A stretch of DNA of 61,838 nucleotides from Eubacteriales bacterium (GCA_045121315.1 JBGVFW010000305.1:1-61838), one strand, 5' to 3'. Numbered from the stretch's first letter, positions 48,980 to 58,068 are shown. Numbers and translations are program-made. Notes: generated from the letters alone by a model not told the origin.

Positions 48980-48984
48980 GATTT

Positions 48985-50046
48985 TTATTTGATAAGATTT
49001 GCAATTCTGTAATATTCTTCAATGCGTTTTTTGAGCTCTGCGCATCTTGCGTCCATCCATACGCGGTCTTCCGCGGGGATAGCGGCAACTTCCTCTGCGG
49101 AAAGTTTGCCTTTGTAGAGTTTATCAAGCGTGAGAGCTTTCATAATATCGACGTCGCATATCTTGCCGTCGTTCTTGCAGATAACAACATTGGATTTGCC
49201 TGCGATAAGGCTTTCGGCAGCCGCAACACCCATTTCGGAAGCTGTAAGTCTGTCTTCAAGGGAGGGGGAACCGCCGCGCTGTACATGTGCAAGGCAGCAG
49301 AATCTTGTGATTATGCCTGTTTCTTCTTCGATGGTCTTTGCAAATTTTTCTGCGTAGCCGGGCAAGCCTTCGGAAACGATAACGATGATGCCACGTTTGC
49401 CCATAGCGCGCTGTTTCTTGATAGTTTCAATAGCGCCCGCTTCATCAAATGGGATCTCGGGTATAGCAACGGCGGAAGCACCTACCGCAATACCTGCGCG
49501 AAGCGCGATGTGACCGGCGTTTCTGCCCATAACCTCAACTACGTTGCATCTTGCATGGGATTCGCAAGTGTCGCGGAGCTTATCTACCATTTCGAGAACG
49601 GTATTCATAGCCGTATCGAAACCGATGGTGTAATCTGTGGAAGTAACATCTGCGTCGATCGTGCCGGGAACGCCGACTGTGGGGATACCCAGTGCGGAAA
49701 GTTTCGTCGCGCCCATGAACGTGCCGTCGCCGCCGCAAACGATCATACCGTCTATTTCGTTATCGCGGCAGATCTGAGCCGCTTTCTGCTGATATTCGAG
49801 CTGTTCGAACTCTTTGCAGCGTGCGGAGTAGAGGACCGTACCGGATCTGGAAATGATGTTGGAAACGTCCGTGGGGGAAGATATCTTTTTGAAGTTACCC
49901 GCCAGAAGTCCCGCGTAGCCTTCCATAACGCCGTATGCTTCAATGCCGTTGGCAAGAGCTGTGCGGGCAGCCGCACGAATGAATGCGTTCATACCGGGAG
50001 CGTCGCCGCCCGAAGTAAGAATACCGATTTTTCTGAGTTTTTTCAT
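48985..50046 (-). CDS. pfkA: ATP-dependent 6-phosphofructokinase
   Basis: GILTSGGDAPGMN...GGDGT...PGTIDAD motifs. ATG at 50046 follows GAAGGTGA. Confidence 0.95.
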   Translation of the reverse strand: MKKLRKIGILTSGGDAPGMNAFIRAAARTALANGIEAYGVMEGYAGLLAGNFKKISSPTDVSNIISRSGTVLYSARCKEFEQLEYQQKAAQICRDNEIDGMIVCGGDGTFMGATKLSALGIPTVGVPGTIDADVTSTDYTIGFDTAMNTVLEMVDKLRDTCESHARCNVVEVMGRNAGHIALRAGIAVGASAVAIPEIPFDEAGAIETIKKQRAMGKRGIIVIVSEGLPGYAEKFAKTIEEETGIITRFCCLAHVQRGGSPSLEDRLTASEMGVAAAESLIAGKSNVVICKNDGKICDVDIMKALTLDKLYKGKLSAEEVAAIPAEDRVWMDARCAELKKRIEEYYRIANLIK

Positions 50047-50085
50047 GTTTATCACCTTCAAATTTTTGAATTTCTTTTATTTTAA

Positions 50086-50790
50086 TTATTTTTCCGTTTT
50101 GCCGCCGGCAAGGAAATCCAGTGCGCGCGGAACGGAGTCTTTTGCGTTGCCCCAAGGCTCGCTGTCATAGCGGTAATCGAACTTTTTGCAGAACCAGCTT
50201 ACGTCCTCGTTAAGGGAATCTATATATTTTCTTTCAATTCCCTTTGAAACCTCAAAAAATTCTGCAAAATCCTTTTTGCCCAAGCCCGATCTGCCGTATT
50301 CCAAAATTCTTTTATAATGCGGCAGGCAGAAGCAGCGCTGTTTTTTATATTTGTGTCTGAACTCGTCGTCCGTTTCCCAAATGTAAATAGTGTTGGAAAA
50401 CATTTTCGAAAGCGAGCCGGATATTTTGGAGCAGAGATAGCATGTGTGGGAAAGCTTCTCTATAGCACCCTCTGATTTTTCGCCCTTTGTGTCGAAAAGA
50501 GGTTTTTTGAAAACTTTGTCGTTTACCTCGGCGATGTGGCTCTCCAAAATAAGCGCTAGCCCCAAACGATTGCCTTTTTCATACATTTTATTGAAATGGC
50601 CTCGGCAAAAGCCGAGCTTGTTCGTTTCGATGCGAACGTCTGGCTCCATCATAGCGGCGCCGAGCACCGCGTCAACGGCGTTTTTTTCGAGCATATCGTA
50701 AAGTTCACAGAAAGGGCAGCAAGGTGTGTCGCTCTCCGCAGTTTTATCGAACGCTTCGTTTATCGGTATGGTATATATGGTTTCCGGCAT
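50086..50790 (-). CDS. Cys-rich conserved hypothetical protein (resembles DUF6062-type proteins; not verified)
   Basis: CCPFC, C..GH, CYLC and CFCLPH motifs. AAGGAG RBS. Confidence 0.7.
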   Translation of the reverse strand: MPETIYTIPINEAFDKTAESDTPCCPFCELYDMLEKNAVDAVLGAAMMEPDVRIETNKLGFCRGHFNKMYEKGNRLGLALILESHIAEVNDKVFKKPLFDTKGEKSEGAIEKLSHTCYLCSKISGSLSKMFSNTIYIWETDDEFRHKYKKQRCFCLPHYKRILEYGRSGLGKKDFAEFFEVSKGIERKYIDSLNEDVSWFCKKFDYRYDSEPWGNAKDSVPRALDFLAGGKTEK

Positions 50791-50808
50791 CGTTTTCTCC
50801 TTTTATCT

Positions 50809-51618
50809 TTAGATCGTGAGGTCTACGTAATAGGGCAAGTGGTCAGAAGCCGTTGTCTGAGGAACCACAGCGTCTTCAACCGTGAATTCATCGGAAACAA
50901 AGATATAGTCTATGCGAATACCCTTGCCGCCGTTAATTTCTTTTTCGCCCAAGCTGGGGATATCAAATCTGGACGGGAAAGTGCGCTGTTCGGGGTTCTT
51001 GCAAGCCGCGAAGGAATCGTGCATAAGCTCGTAAAGACCTTTGATCTCATCAATTCTGTCCCATTCGGGATTTATGGAATTGCCCCAAACGTTGAAGTCG
51101 CCCATAATGATAAGAGGACGTGTTCTTTCTTTGATGAGCTTTGTGAGTATCTTCATAGTTTCCGCTCTTTCCGTCTTTGCAAGGCCGAAATGCGTAACCA
51201 CCACTTCGATCTCCTTGCCCTCTTCAACGAGTATCACGTTGCGGAAAACGCCGCGTGTTTCATAGTATGTATCCTCGGATTTATCCTCGGGATCTGGAAC
51301 GGGGATAGCTTCGGAAGAAAGAACGGCATATTTGGAAAGGATGGCGTTTCCGTAATCGCCGCGGTTGCCGGGTCTGCCGAGAGCAACGGCTCTGCCGAAA
51401 CGGCTTTCATATGAAATACCCGTGTTCTTTGCAACTTCCGCCGCGATGTTAATGTTGCCGCTGCGAGGATGGTTGAAGTCAACCTCGTTAAGTCCGACGA
51501 TGGCGGGAGCGTATTCTTTGATGACCTCTGCGCAAGCCGCGGGGTTGGGTCTTGCGGGAAACTCCCCTCTGTGGTCACGTCCACCTGCGATATTATAAGT
51601 CATAATTCTCAGTTTCAT
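50809..51618 (-). CDS. Endonuclease/exonuclease/phosphatase (EEP) family hydrolase
   Basis: MTYNI..G...GLNEVD...GDFN...SDHLP motifs. Confidence 0.85.
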   Translation of the reverse strand: MKLRIMTYNIAGGRDHRGEFPARPNPAACAEVIKEYAPAIVGLNEVDFNHPRSGNINIAAEVAKNTGISYESRFGRAVALGRPGNRGDYGNAILSKYAVLSSEAIPVPDPEDKSEDTYYETRGVFRNVILVEEGKEIEVVVTHFGLAKTERAETMKILTKLIKERTRPLIIMGDFNVWGNSINPEWDRIDEIKGLYELMHDSFAACKNPEQRTFPSRFDIPSLGEKEINGGKGIRIDYIFVSDEFTVEDAVVPQTTASDHLPYYVDLTI

Positions 51619-51656
51619 AATGGTACAACTCCTTTTATGATTGATTATACATAATT

Positions 51657-51685
51657 ATATTACCACTTATATAATAGAAAGTCAA
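51657..51685 (-). promoter_or_regulatory. Promoter for the EEP/Cys-rich/pfkA genes
   Basis: Minus strand: TTGACT, 17 nt, TAATAT, with a TGG extended -10. The core is duplicated at 52707-52735. Confidence 0.65.
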
Positions 51686-51754
51686 CTTTTTCTTAAATTC
51701 AAAGAAAAAAAAGTGCGCGCGCAAAAAGTTTTTGCAATATAGCGCTTTATATGG

Positions 51755-51786
51755 AAAAACAGAGGGCTTGCGCCCTCTGTTTTTTG
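51755..51786. terminator. Intrinsic terminator after the lipoprotein gene
   Basis: AAAAA-CAGAGGGC-TTGC-GCCCTCTG-TTTTTT. Confidence 0.85.
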
Positions 51787-51790
51787 TTTA

Positions 51791-52327
51791 TTATTGGGGT
51801 ATATCTACAGACACCATCGTAACAACGTCAGGTGTTCGTTGTTTTTCTGTGTATGACCTTGGAAAATGGATACTGTAATATGTATCTCCGTAAGGAACAT
51901 AAACGTATTGATCATTACGATACGCCCCGTTTTCAAGAGGTTCGCCCTCCGTTGGCATTTCGCCGTCTACCATACGAACATTAACCGTTATACTGGTAAG
52001 CTCATCTTCTGTAATAAACCAATATTGATATCCCCAATTCCAAAGGCTCACGTTAACAAGATGGAATTCTTCCAAATTGCATATGGGGTAAATAACCTTG
52101 TCGTAATCAGGAAATTCAAACGAATTAAAAGAAGCATCCATGTTATCGGGTTCTCCCTCTCCGCGAGCGGCAGCGAGCAATCCATCTATCGTGTTAAAGA
52201 CCGGCTGAACACCACAAAAACCTTCGCTCGCAGTTTCCGTTGTTTGTTCAGTTGTAACGGAGCTGTTACCGCAAGACGTTAAAAGCAAAAGAGTAAAAGC
52301 AAGAAGTATGGCTATAATTTTTTTCAT
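51791..52327 (-). CDS. Hypothetical lipoprotein (AT3-rich codon usage)
   Basis: MKKIIAILLAFTLLLLTSC lipobox. AGGAGG RBS. Confidence 0.7.
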   Translation of the reverse strand: MKKIIAILLAFTLLLLTSCGNSSVTTEQTTETASEGFCGVQPVFNTIDGLLAAARGEGEPDNMDASFNSFEFPDYDKVIYPICNLEEFHLVNVSLWNWGYQYWFITEDELTSITVNVRMVDGEMPTEGEPLENGAYRNDQYVYVPYGDTYYSIHFPRSYTEKQRTPDVVTMVSVDIPQ

Positions 52328-52647
52328 AATATGTTCCTCCTAAATCTATCTATTAACTGTTTGCCTGAATCCAAGCTACGATTTTTGCACGGCAAGACGA
52401 GCACCAAGCACCTTTGGTTCCGCTTATTACGCAATTTTCCGATATAAGCGCTTGCATTAGCTGAGCACCCCCATACGCCTGTTGATGAATAAGTGGGGTC
52501 GTTATACGCAAGAGATAACTGAGAGTCGCTGTCAACAATAACCAAATAAAAATAAACACCAAAAGTAGACCAAATATCTTCAATCGCTTTATTATAGTTC
52601 GTTCTCATCAAACTTGTTACCATCGGAAGTGTATTGGGGTCATACAA
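52324..52647 (-). CDS. Doubtful 107-aa ORF (possible gene remnant or untranslated leader)
   Basis: TTG start with no SD. Fully overlapped by a 76-aa ORF in another frame (52353-52583), also TTG-initiated. Its stop overlaps the lipoprotein ATG. Confidence 0.25.
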   Translation of the reverse strand: MYDPNTLPMVTSLMRTNYNKAIEDIWSTFGVYFYLVIVDSDSQLSLAYNDPTYSSTGVWGCSANASAYIGKLRNKRNQRCLVLVLPCKNRSLDSGKQLIDRFRRNIL

Positions 52648-52706
52648 GATGCTTGAATGCGAAATTTATAGATACATTACCAATATCCATTTGTCTTTGT
52701 ATAATT

Positions 52707-52735
52707 ATATTACCACAAATGTAAGAAAAAGTTAA
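52707..52735 (-). promoter_or_regulatory. Promoter module duplicated from 51657-51685
   Basis: Minus strand: TTAACT, 17 nt, TAATAT. The 16-nt core GTGGTAATATAATTAT (minus strand) is identical to the other copy. Confidence 0.55.
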
Positions 52736-52850
52736 CCTTTTATCCCAGAAGAAGAACAACACGTATATATTTTATTTGTTTTATGCGCTTTTCTTTTATT
52801 TTCGCAGAAGGCAAGCCGCCCTACTTTAACACAATATCACCCATAACGTA

Positions 52851-52878
52851 AAAAACGCGCCTCACGGCGCGTTTTTTT
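52851..52878. terminator. Intrinsic terminator after the ogg/Cys-rich operon
   Basis: AAAAA-ACGCGCC-TCAC-GGCGCGT-TTTTTT. Confidence 0.85.
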
Positions 52879-52880
52879 GT

Positions 52881-53531
52881 TTATTCTTTTAAAAGCTTTA
52901 ACTCTGCCGCATCGAAAAGCGTTCGAGTTTCCAAGCTTTCCATGCAGGAAAACTCGCGCGCGCAGCCGCATTTTTTGCACGATATGCGCACATTGCCCGC
53001 GTCGTTTTCAACGAGAAAATCCCCCTCGCCCTCGCCGCAATCGCAAATTATCTTCTTTTCCTCACACAAATCTCCGAGAACGAAAAGTATCATATCTCTT
53101 ATATGCTCGTCGCTGTAAAGGCGGTCTTCGTCCGCGCTGTTCTGCTCGTATATTTTGGCAAGCTCCGTGTCGTCGATAAGCTCCGCTATCTCCTCGTCAG
53201 ATTCTTCAAGTGCTTTAAGCACCGCACCCTTGGAACCGGAGAAGCAAATATCCGCGCCCGAATACGTACATGGGAAAGCAAAGACCTCTCGCTCACAAAG
53301 GAGCTGTTTTGAAACGACAAACTGGTGCGGGTTCGGGCAGAAAAGGCACGGAACCGTTATGCGAACTTTATCCTCGCCCGCGCTTTTGATATTGAGCTCA
53401 CTGCCGCCGCAGCCGCATTTGAGCTTTATCATGTCGCCCGAAAGAGCGAAAACGCCCGTAACGCTGATGACGGATTTGCCGCAGGCGGGACAGCGGTATG
53501 CGATTACTGTTTCTTGGGGTTTGAGTATCAT
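52881..53531 (-). CDS. Cys-rich hypothetical protein (multiple CxxC / CxC pairs)
   Basis: CPAC, CGC, CLFC, CDC and CKKCGC motifs. ATGA overlap with the ogg stop. Confidence 0.7.
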   Translation of the reverse strand: MILKPQETVIAYRCPACGKSVISVTGVFALSGDMIKLKCGCGGSELNIKSAGEDKVRITVPCLFCPNPHQFVVSKQLLCEREVFAFPCTYSGADICFSGSKGAVLKALEESDEEIAELIDDTELAKIYEQNSADEDRLYSDEHIRDMILFVLGDLCEEKKIICDCGEGEGDFLVENDAGNVRISCKKCGCAREFSCMESLETRTLFDAAELKLLKE

Positions 53532-54436
53532 TTTTTATCTTCCTCTCCGCCGCTTTTCGCGGCTATGTATCGTTCGTAGTAAAACAAATATTGTTGGGCA
53601 ACTCCCGCGTACTCGCCGAGCGACGCAAGGTCGATGCCGTCAGGATAATATTTTTCCAGCACGCGATTTATCCACACATCAACAGGGAAAAATTCGAGCT
53701 TGTGAAAACCGAAAAGAAGCGTGCAGGAGGCGACTTTTTTGCCTACGCCGCATATGCTTGTGAGCGCTTTTTCCGCATCTTCGGCTCCGGCGTGTCTGAC
53801 GCGCTCGAAATCGACCTCCCCGGAAAGATATTTTTTTGCCGCGTCGAGCAGGTATCTCGTACGAAATCCCATTTTAAAAGGAGCAAGTCCCTCTTCCCCC
53901 GCATCAAGCACCGCCTGCGCCGTCGGGAAAGCGTAATAAGTTTTCCCGTCGAAGCCGACGAACGCCTCGCCAAGCCCCGCGGACATATTTTCGATTATTT
54001 TTTTGATGCGCGGAATGTTATTGTTCTGAGAGATTATGAAAGAAGCGAGCGCTTCCCACGGCTCTTGGCGAAGTATACGTATGCCCGAAGCGCAGTCCAT
54101 CGCGTCGTAGATAACATTTCCGTATAAGCCGAAATGCGCGCCGATATTCGCGCGTATTTCCGCGTAATCCTCGTCAAATCCCAAATACGGGGCGAAAATA
54201 TCCTCATATTCTTTTTCCGTAACGCCGATTATCTTGACATTTTCGCCGTCCTGCTCTATTTTAATGAGCTTGCCGAACGCAATGCCTGAAACACCGCCGT
54301 CGTTCACGTCAAATCGGAAGCACTGCCCGCAATCAAACGTCTGAGCCGCAGAAAAATACGGCACGTTCGATAGCTCCACGAAATCGGCGCCATCCGCCGT
54401 TTTTCCGAAGGAAGAAAGATATGTTGTTTTTTTCAT
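53528..54436 (-). CDS. ogg: 8-oxoguanine DNA glycosylase / DNA lyase (Ogg1-type HhH-GPD)
   Basis: QTFDCGQCFRF N-terminal domain. HhH-GPD region ICGVGKKVASCTLLFG...FPVDVWI. Confidence 0.85.
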   Translation of the reverse strand: MKKTTYLSSFGKTADGADFVELSNVPYFSAAQTFDCGQCFRFDVNDGGVSGIAFGKLIKIEQDGENVKIIGVTEKEYEDIFAPYLGFDEDYAEIRANIGAHFGLYGNVIYDAMDCASGIRILRQEPWEALASFIISQNNNIPRIKKIIENMSAGLGEAFVGFDGKTYYAFPTAQAVLDAGEEGLAPFKMGFRTRYLLDAAKKYLSGEVDFERVRHAGAEDAEKALTSICGVGKKVASCTLLFGFHKLEFFPVDVWINRVLEKYYPDGIDLASLGEYAGVAQQYLFYYERYIAAKSGGEEDKK

Positions 54437-54615
54437 AAAATCACCCCTTTGGTGTAGATGTATTAAAAATATTATGCTTTATTTTGATGAGTTTGTCAAG
54501 AGATCAGTTTATACGGTAGTGAATGATATCCTAAATGGCTGTCATAGCTAATGGCAGCGCGCGTAAGCGTGATGGGAGATGCTTTATCTCATTTGAAGTA
54601 AATTCCCATAACACG

Positions 54616-54642
54616 AAAAAACGCTGTTTTCACAGCGTTTTT
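54616..54642 (-). terminator. Intrinsic terminator after htrA
   Basis: AACGCTGT-TTTC-ACAGCGTT, flanked by an A-run and a T-run. Confidence 0.85.
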
Positions 54643-54696
54643 CCCCGCTATTGGCAAAGCGGAAATCTATATATGGAGAAAGGAGGTTTAGCGTGT

Positions 54697-56139
54697 TTAT
54701 GCGTTCGGGTTGAATTCCACGAACGTGACGTCGAGTGTGACCTCGTCGCAATTCCGCAGATAGAACTGCACGTTGGAGGTCTGCAAAGCGTTGCCGTTGG
54801 GGCGGTATACGGTAATCTTTATCGTGTCGCCCACCGAATACGCCGTGAGCATCTGTTTAAGAGTGCTGTAAGAATCTATTACCTGACCGTTGATGGCATA
54901 GAGGATATCGCCCTCCTGCAAGCCCGCAAGAGCCGCGCTGCCTTCGGGAACAAGGCTGTAAATTACGTTATATCCCGAATATTTATAGCCGTTGGGAAGC
55001 TCAAGGTAGTTCTGAACGGCGATGCCGAGGCGGGCAACGCCCGTAACGTAGCCGTATTCCTTGAGGTCGTTTACACAACGGAGCACCGTAGACATTGGAA
55101 TGGCGAATCCGATATTATCGATGGACGCGCCGGAAGAAGTCGTACCGGAAAGTTTTGCGTTTACAATGCCGACGAGCTGTCCCGCCGTATTGAAAAGACC
55201 GCCGCCCGAGTTACCGTTGTTTACCGCCGCATCTATCTGAATGAGCGTCATCGTTTCATATGTGCTGGAGAAGGTCACTTCTCTTTCGGGCGCGCTGACG
55301 TAACCGCTCGTAAGCGTAAAGCCGTTGCCCAAAGAGTTGCCTATAACTATTATCTGTTCGCCGTAGTCGAGAGAGTCTTTGCATATCTCGACCGCCGTAC
55401 AATCGTTTTTGTCTATTTTGATAACGGAAACGTCGAGGCTTTCGTCGCCGTAAACGAACGCAGCGTCATATTCTTTTCCATCGAACATCGTTACGGTGAT
55501 GCTCGTTGCGTCGGAGCCTACAACGTGATAGTTTGTGAGGATATAGCCGTCTGTCGTGTAAATAACGCCGGAACCGGAACCTGCACCGGAGTTCGTCGTA
55601 ACCGTGATAAGCACGCTTGCGTTAAGGCATTTTTCCGCAACGGACTGTATCTTTCCTTCCGTCGCGCCGGAGGAAACGCCCGAAGCAGAGGGGGCTGTTA
55701 TCGCCGTAGTTGTCTGTGTCGTTATATCCGTTACAACATCCGTCGTTTCGTCCGTGGACTGTGTGCCGTCTGCCGCGCCGCTTGTGTCCGTCGTGGGAAC
55801 GGTGGTCGTTTCAACGCCCGCGCCGCCCAAGGAGAGCTTGCCGCCGCCCATAGTATAGCCTATCATAAGCGTCGCCGCGAAAACCACCACACAGAGAAGA
55901 ACTGCGGGAATAAGCCCCTTTTTAGGCGAAGGATTTTTCTTGGGTCCGTTGCCGCTGTTATAACCGCCGCCGTTGTAGCTGTTATAATCGTTATATCCGT
56001 TATTATTGTTATTGTAACCGTAGCCGTCGTAATTGTTGCCGCCGTTATTACCGTAGCCGTTATTATCGCCGCGGTTGTTTTCCCCGCCGTTACCCTCGGG
56101 GGTCGTGCCGTTGTTGTTTTCTTCGTCAAAAGACCACAT
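54697..56139 (-). CDS. htrA: HtrA/DegP-family serine protease with an N/G/Y-rich N-terminal tail, a TM helix and a PDZ domain
   Basis: TNYHVV (His), D, GNSGGGL (Ser) triad, plus a C-terminal PDZ (GLQEGDIL). AAGGAG RBS. Confidence 0.92.
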   Translation of the reverse strand: MWSFDEENNNGTTPEGNGGENNRGDNNGYGNNGGNNYDGYGYNNNNNGYNDYNSYNGGGYNSGNGPKKNPSPKKGLIPAVLLCVVVFAATLMIGYTMGGGKLSLGGAGVETTTVPTTDTSGAADGTQSTDETTDVVTDITTQTTTAITAPSASGVSSGATEGKIQSVAEKCLNASVLITVTTNSGAGSGSGVIYTTDGYILTNYHVVGSDATSITVTMFDGKEYDAAFVYGDESLDVSVIKIDKNDCTAVEICKDSLDYGEQIIVIGNSLGNGFTLTSGYVSAPEREVTFSSTYETMTLIQIDAAVNNGNSGGGLFNTAGQLVGIVNAKLSGTTSSGASIDNIGFAIPMSTVLRCVNDLKEYGYVTGVARLGIAVQNYLELPNGYKYSGYNVIYSLVPEGSAALAGLQEGDILYAINGQVIDSYSTLKQMLTAYSVGDTIKITVYRPNGNALQTSNVQFYLRNCDEVTLDVTFVEFNPNA

Positions 56140-56247
56140 AAAAATCTCTCCTTTGTTCAGTTTTCAACACTGTTCATATCATACCGCCATTTTGTTACAA
56201 ATGCATGAACACGAGGTTTATTTCGTGTAAACATCTCTTTATTTTTC

Positions 56248-56276
56248 TTGAATACCGCCTTAATTTGAAGTATAAT
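56248..56276 (+). promoter_or_regulatory. Sigma-70-type promoter for the GNAT gene
   Basis: TTGAAT, 17 nt, TATAAT. Confidence 0.7.
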
Positions 56277-56384
56277 ATAGTCAGAAATTCCATTGAAAAG
56301 CAAGTTTTCATCCGAAATACGCGTTTATTTTTCGCTTTATGATACTATTATATACTTTTTTTCAAAAAAGAAAAGGCTATTTTT

Positions 56385-56957
56385 ATGAATAAATCAAAAC
56401 TTTCTTTATTTAAAAAAATTCCGACGATAACCACAGACCGCCTCGTTCTGCGCAAGATGCTGCCGACAGACGCAGAAGATATGTTCGAATACGCCCAAAA
56501 CCCCGCTGTCACACGGTTTCTGCTTTGGGAGCCTCACGTGAGTCGAAAATTTACGCTCAGTTATCTTAAATTTATACAATCGCAGTATTCCTCCGGCAAC
56601 TTTTTCGATTGGGCAGTGACTCTTGCGGACAGCGGCAAGATGATAGGCACCTGCGGCTTTACCACCTTTGACGAGGAAAACAACACCGCAGAAATAGGTT
56701 ACGTCCTGAACCCCGACTATTGGCGGCAAGGTATTGCCACAGAGGTACTTCGGCGAGTAATGCATTTCGGGTTCGATGTACTCGGGCTTCACAGGATATA
56801 CGTGCGCATCATGGACGGAAACGACGCGAGCGTTGCCGTCGCGCGGAAATGCGGCATGAGGCACGAAGCCACACTTTGGCGTTCGCTTTTGGTCAAAGGA
56901 GAATACAGAACGATAAAAATATATGCGATCTTAAAAGAAGAATTTTGCACGAAATGA
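56385..56957 (+). CDS. GNAT family N-acetyltransferase (RimJ/RimL-like)
   Basis: LVLRK....D....Y...P...F pattern and the acetyl-CoA motif WRQGIATE. Confidence 0.85.
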   Translation: MNKSKLSLFKKIPTITTDRLVLRKMLPTDAEDMFEYAQNPAVTRFLLWEPHVSRKFTLSYLKFIQSQYSSGNFFDWAVTLADSGKMIGTCGFTTFDEENNTAEIGYVLNPDYWRQGIATEVLRRVMHFGFDVLGLHRIYVRIMDGNDASVAVARKCGMRHEATLWRSLLVKGEYRTIKIYAILKEEFCTK

Positions 56958-57033
56958 TATTTTCCCGCAAGATGAAAAAACGCATTTCCCCCATTTGTCG
57001 AACGAGTTTTTTTCTATTTTTGCCCGAATAAAG

Positions 57034-57063
57034 TTGACAAGGGCGAGAGAAATAATATATAAT
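57034..57063 (+). promoter_or_regulatory. Sigma-70-type promoter for yicC-remA-gmk
   Basis: TTGACA, 18 nt, TATAAT. The leader holds two hairpins, one being GTCTTTGCC/GGCAAAGAC at 57122-57143. Confidence 0.65.
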
Positions 57064-57163
57064 ATATTTATTAAACTATACCCTTTTGAAAAAGGGCGTT
57101 AAATCAAACAGTTTTTAAATAGTCTTTGCCGCAGGGCAAAGACGTTAACCGAAAGGCAAAATT

Positions 57164-58048
57164 ATGATAAGAAGCATGACAGCGTTCGGCCGCGCAACCG
57201 GAAAAGCGCCGGGGCGCGATATTATTGTTGAAATAAAATCCGTAAACAACCGCTTTTTCGATTGCCAAGTAAAGCTCCCCCGTATTTTCGCTTTTCTTGA
57301 AGAAAAAGTAAAAAAGCGTCTCTGTGAACGCGGCATTTCCCGCGGCAAAGTGGACGTGTTCATCACTATCGACGTAACTGACACGGCGGGCCTTGAAGTC
57401 GAAATAGACAGAACTTACGCAAAAAGCTATATAGAAGCGCTTCGCAAGCTTTCCGAGGAGTTTGACCTGCCTTGCGACATCACAACGATGCGCGTGGCGC
57501 AGAACCGCGACATTTTCGCAGTTAAGCGCGCGGAAGAGGACGCGGAAGCCGAATGGCAGGCGCTGCTCCCCACACTTGACGAAGCGCTCGACGCTTTCAT
57601 CGCCGCTCGCAACCGCGAAGGCGAGAATATGCGCCGCGACATTGCCGAAAAGAAGGCGAAAGTAAAAGAGCTTGCAGAAAAGATACCTCCGCTTTCCCGC
57701 GCGGACAAAGAAAACCAATACATAAAGATGAAAGAACGCATAGCAGAGCTTGTGGGCGATGCCGCTGTGCTTGACGAAAGCAAGCTCATCACGGAATGTG
57801 CCGTTTTTGCGGACAAGATCGCCGTAGACGAAGAAACCGTCCGCCTCGCTTCCCATTTCGAAGCGTTCGACAACATTCTTGAAGCGGACGAACCCGTTGG
57901 CAGAAAGCTCGATTTTCTGCTTCAGGAGATAAACCGCGAAACAAACACCATCGGCTCCAAGGCGTGCGATATGGAGATCGCCCGCATCGTTGTCGAAATG
58001 AAATCCGAGCTTGAAAAGATACGCGAACAGATACAAAACATAGAATAA
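57164..58048 (+). CDS. yicC: YicC/YloC family endoribonuclease
   Basis: [11 protein letters not shown]...[13 protein letters not shown] motifs. Confidence 0.9.
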   Translation: MIRSMTAFGRATGKAPGRDIIVEIKSVNNRFFDCQVKLPRIFAFLEEKVKKRLCERGISRGKVDVFITIDVTDTAGLEVEIDRTYAKSYIEALRKLSEEFDLPCDITTMRVAQNRDIFAVKRAEEDAEAEWQALLPTLDEALDAFIAARNREGENMRRDIAEKKAKVKELAEKIPPLSRADKENQYIKMKERIAELVGDAAVLDESKLITECAVFADKIAVDEETVRLASHFEAFDNILEADEPVGRKLDFLLQEINRETNTIGSKACDMEIARIVVEMKSELEKIREQIQNIE

Positions 58049-58068
58049 GATTTGCGGAAGGTATTTTT

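Noticed and set aside
52353-52583. 76-aa ORF with an N-terminal hydrophobic helix and a Cys/Ser-rich tail, considered as a bacteriocin or lanthipeptide precursor.
   Set aside because: It has a TTG start without an SD, is fully overlapped by another frame, and the window contains no modification, transport or immunity genes. It is mentioned only within the islet finding.
53668-53676. Perfect DnaA-box sequence TTATCCACA.
   Set aside because: It is a single copy inside the ogg coding region. There is no cluster, AT-rich unwinding element or dnaA/dnaN nearby, so it is not an origin.
55930-56110. Repetitive DNA, considered as a possible tandem repeat or CRISPR-like array.
   Set aside because: The units are irregular 3-nt-phased codons in frame with htrA. 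It is a low-complexity coding region with no spacer-repeat periodicity.
54535-56208. 557-aa plus-strand ORF, the longest unexplained ORF in the track after the 667-aa one.
   Set aside because: It is exactly antisense to htrA, which has an unambiguous Ser-protease triad and PDZ domain. The translation is Arg/Val/Cys-rich with poly-V/I runs mirroring the N/G/Y repeats, and there is no RBS. It is a shadow ORF.
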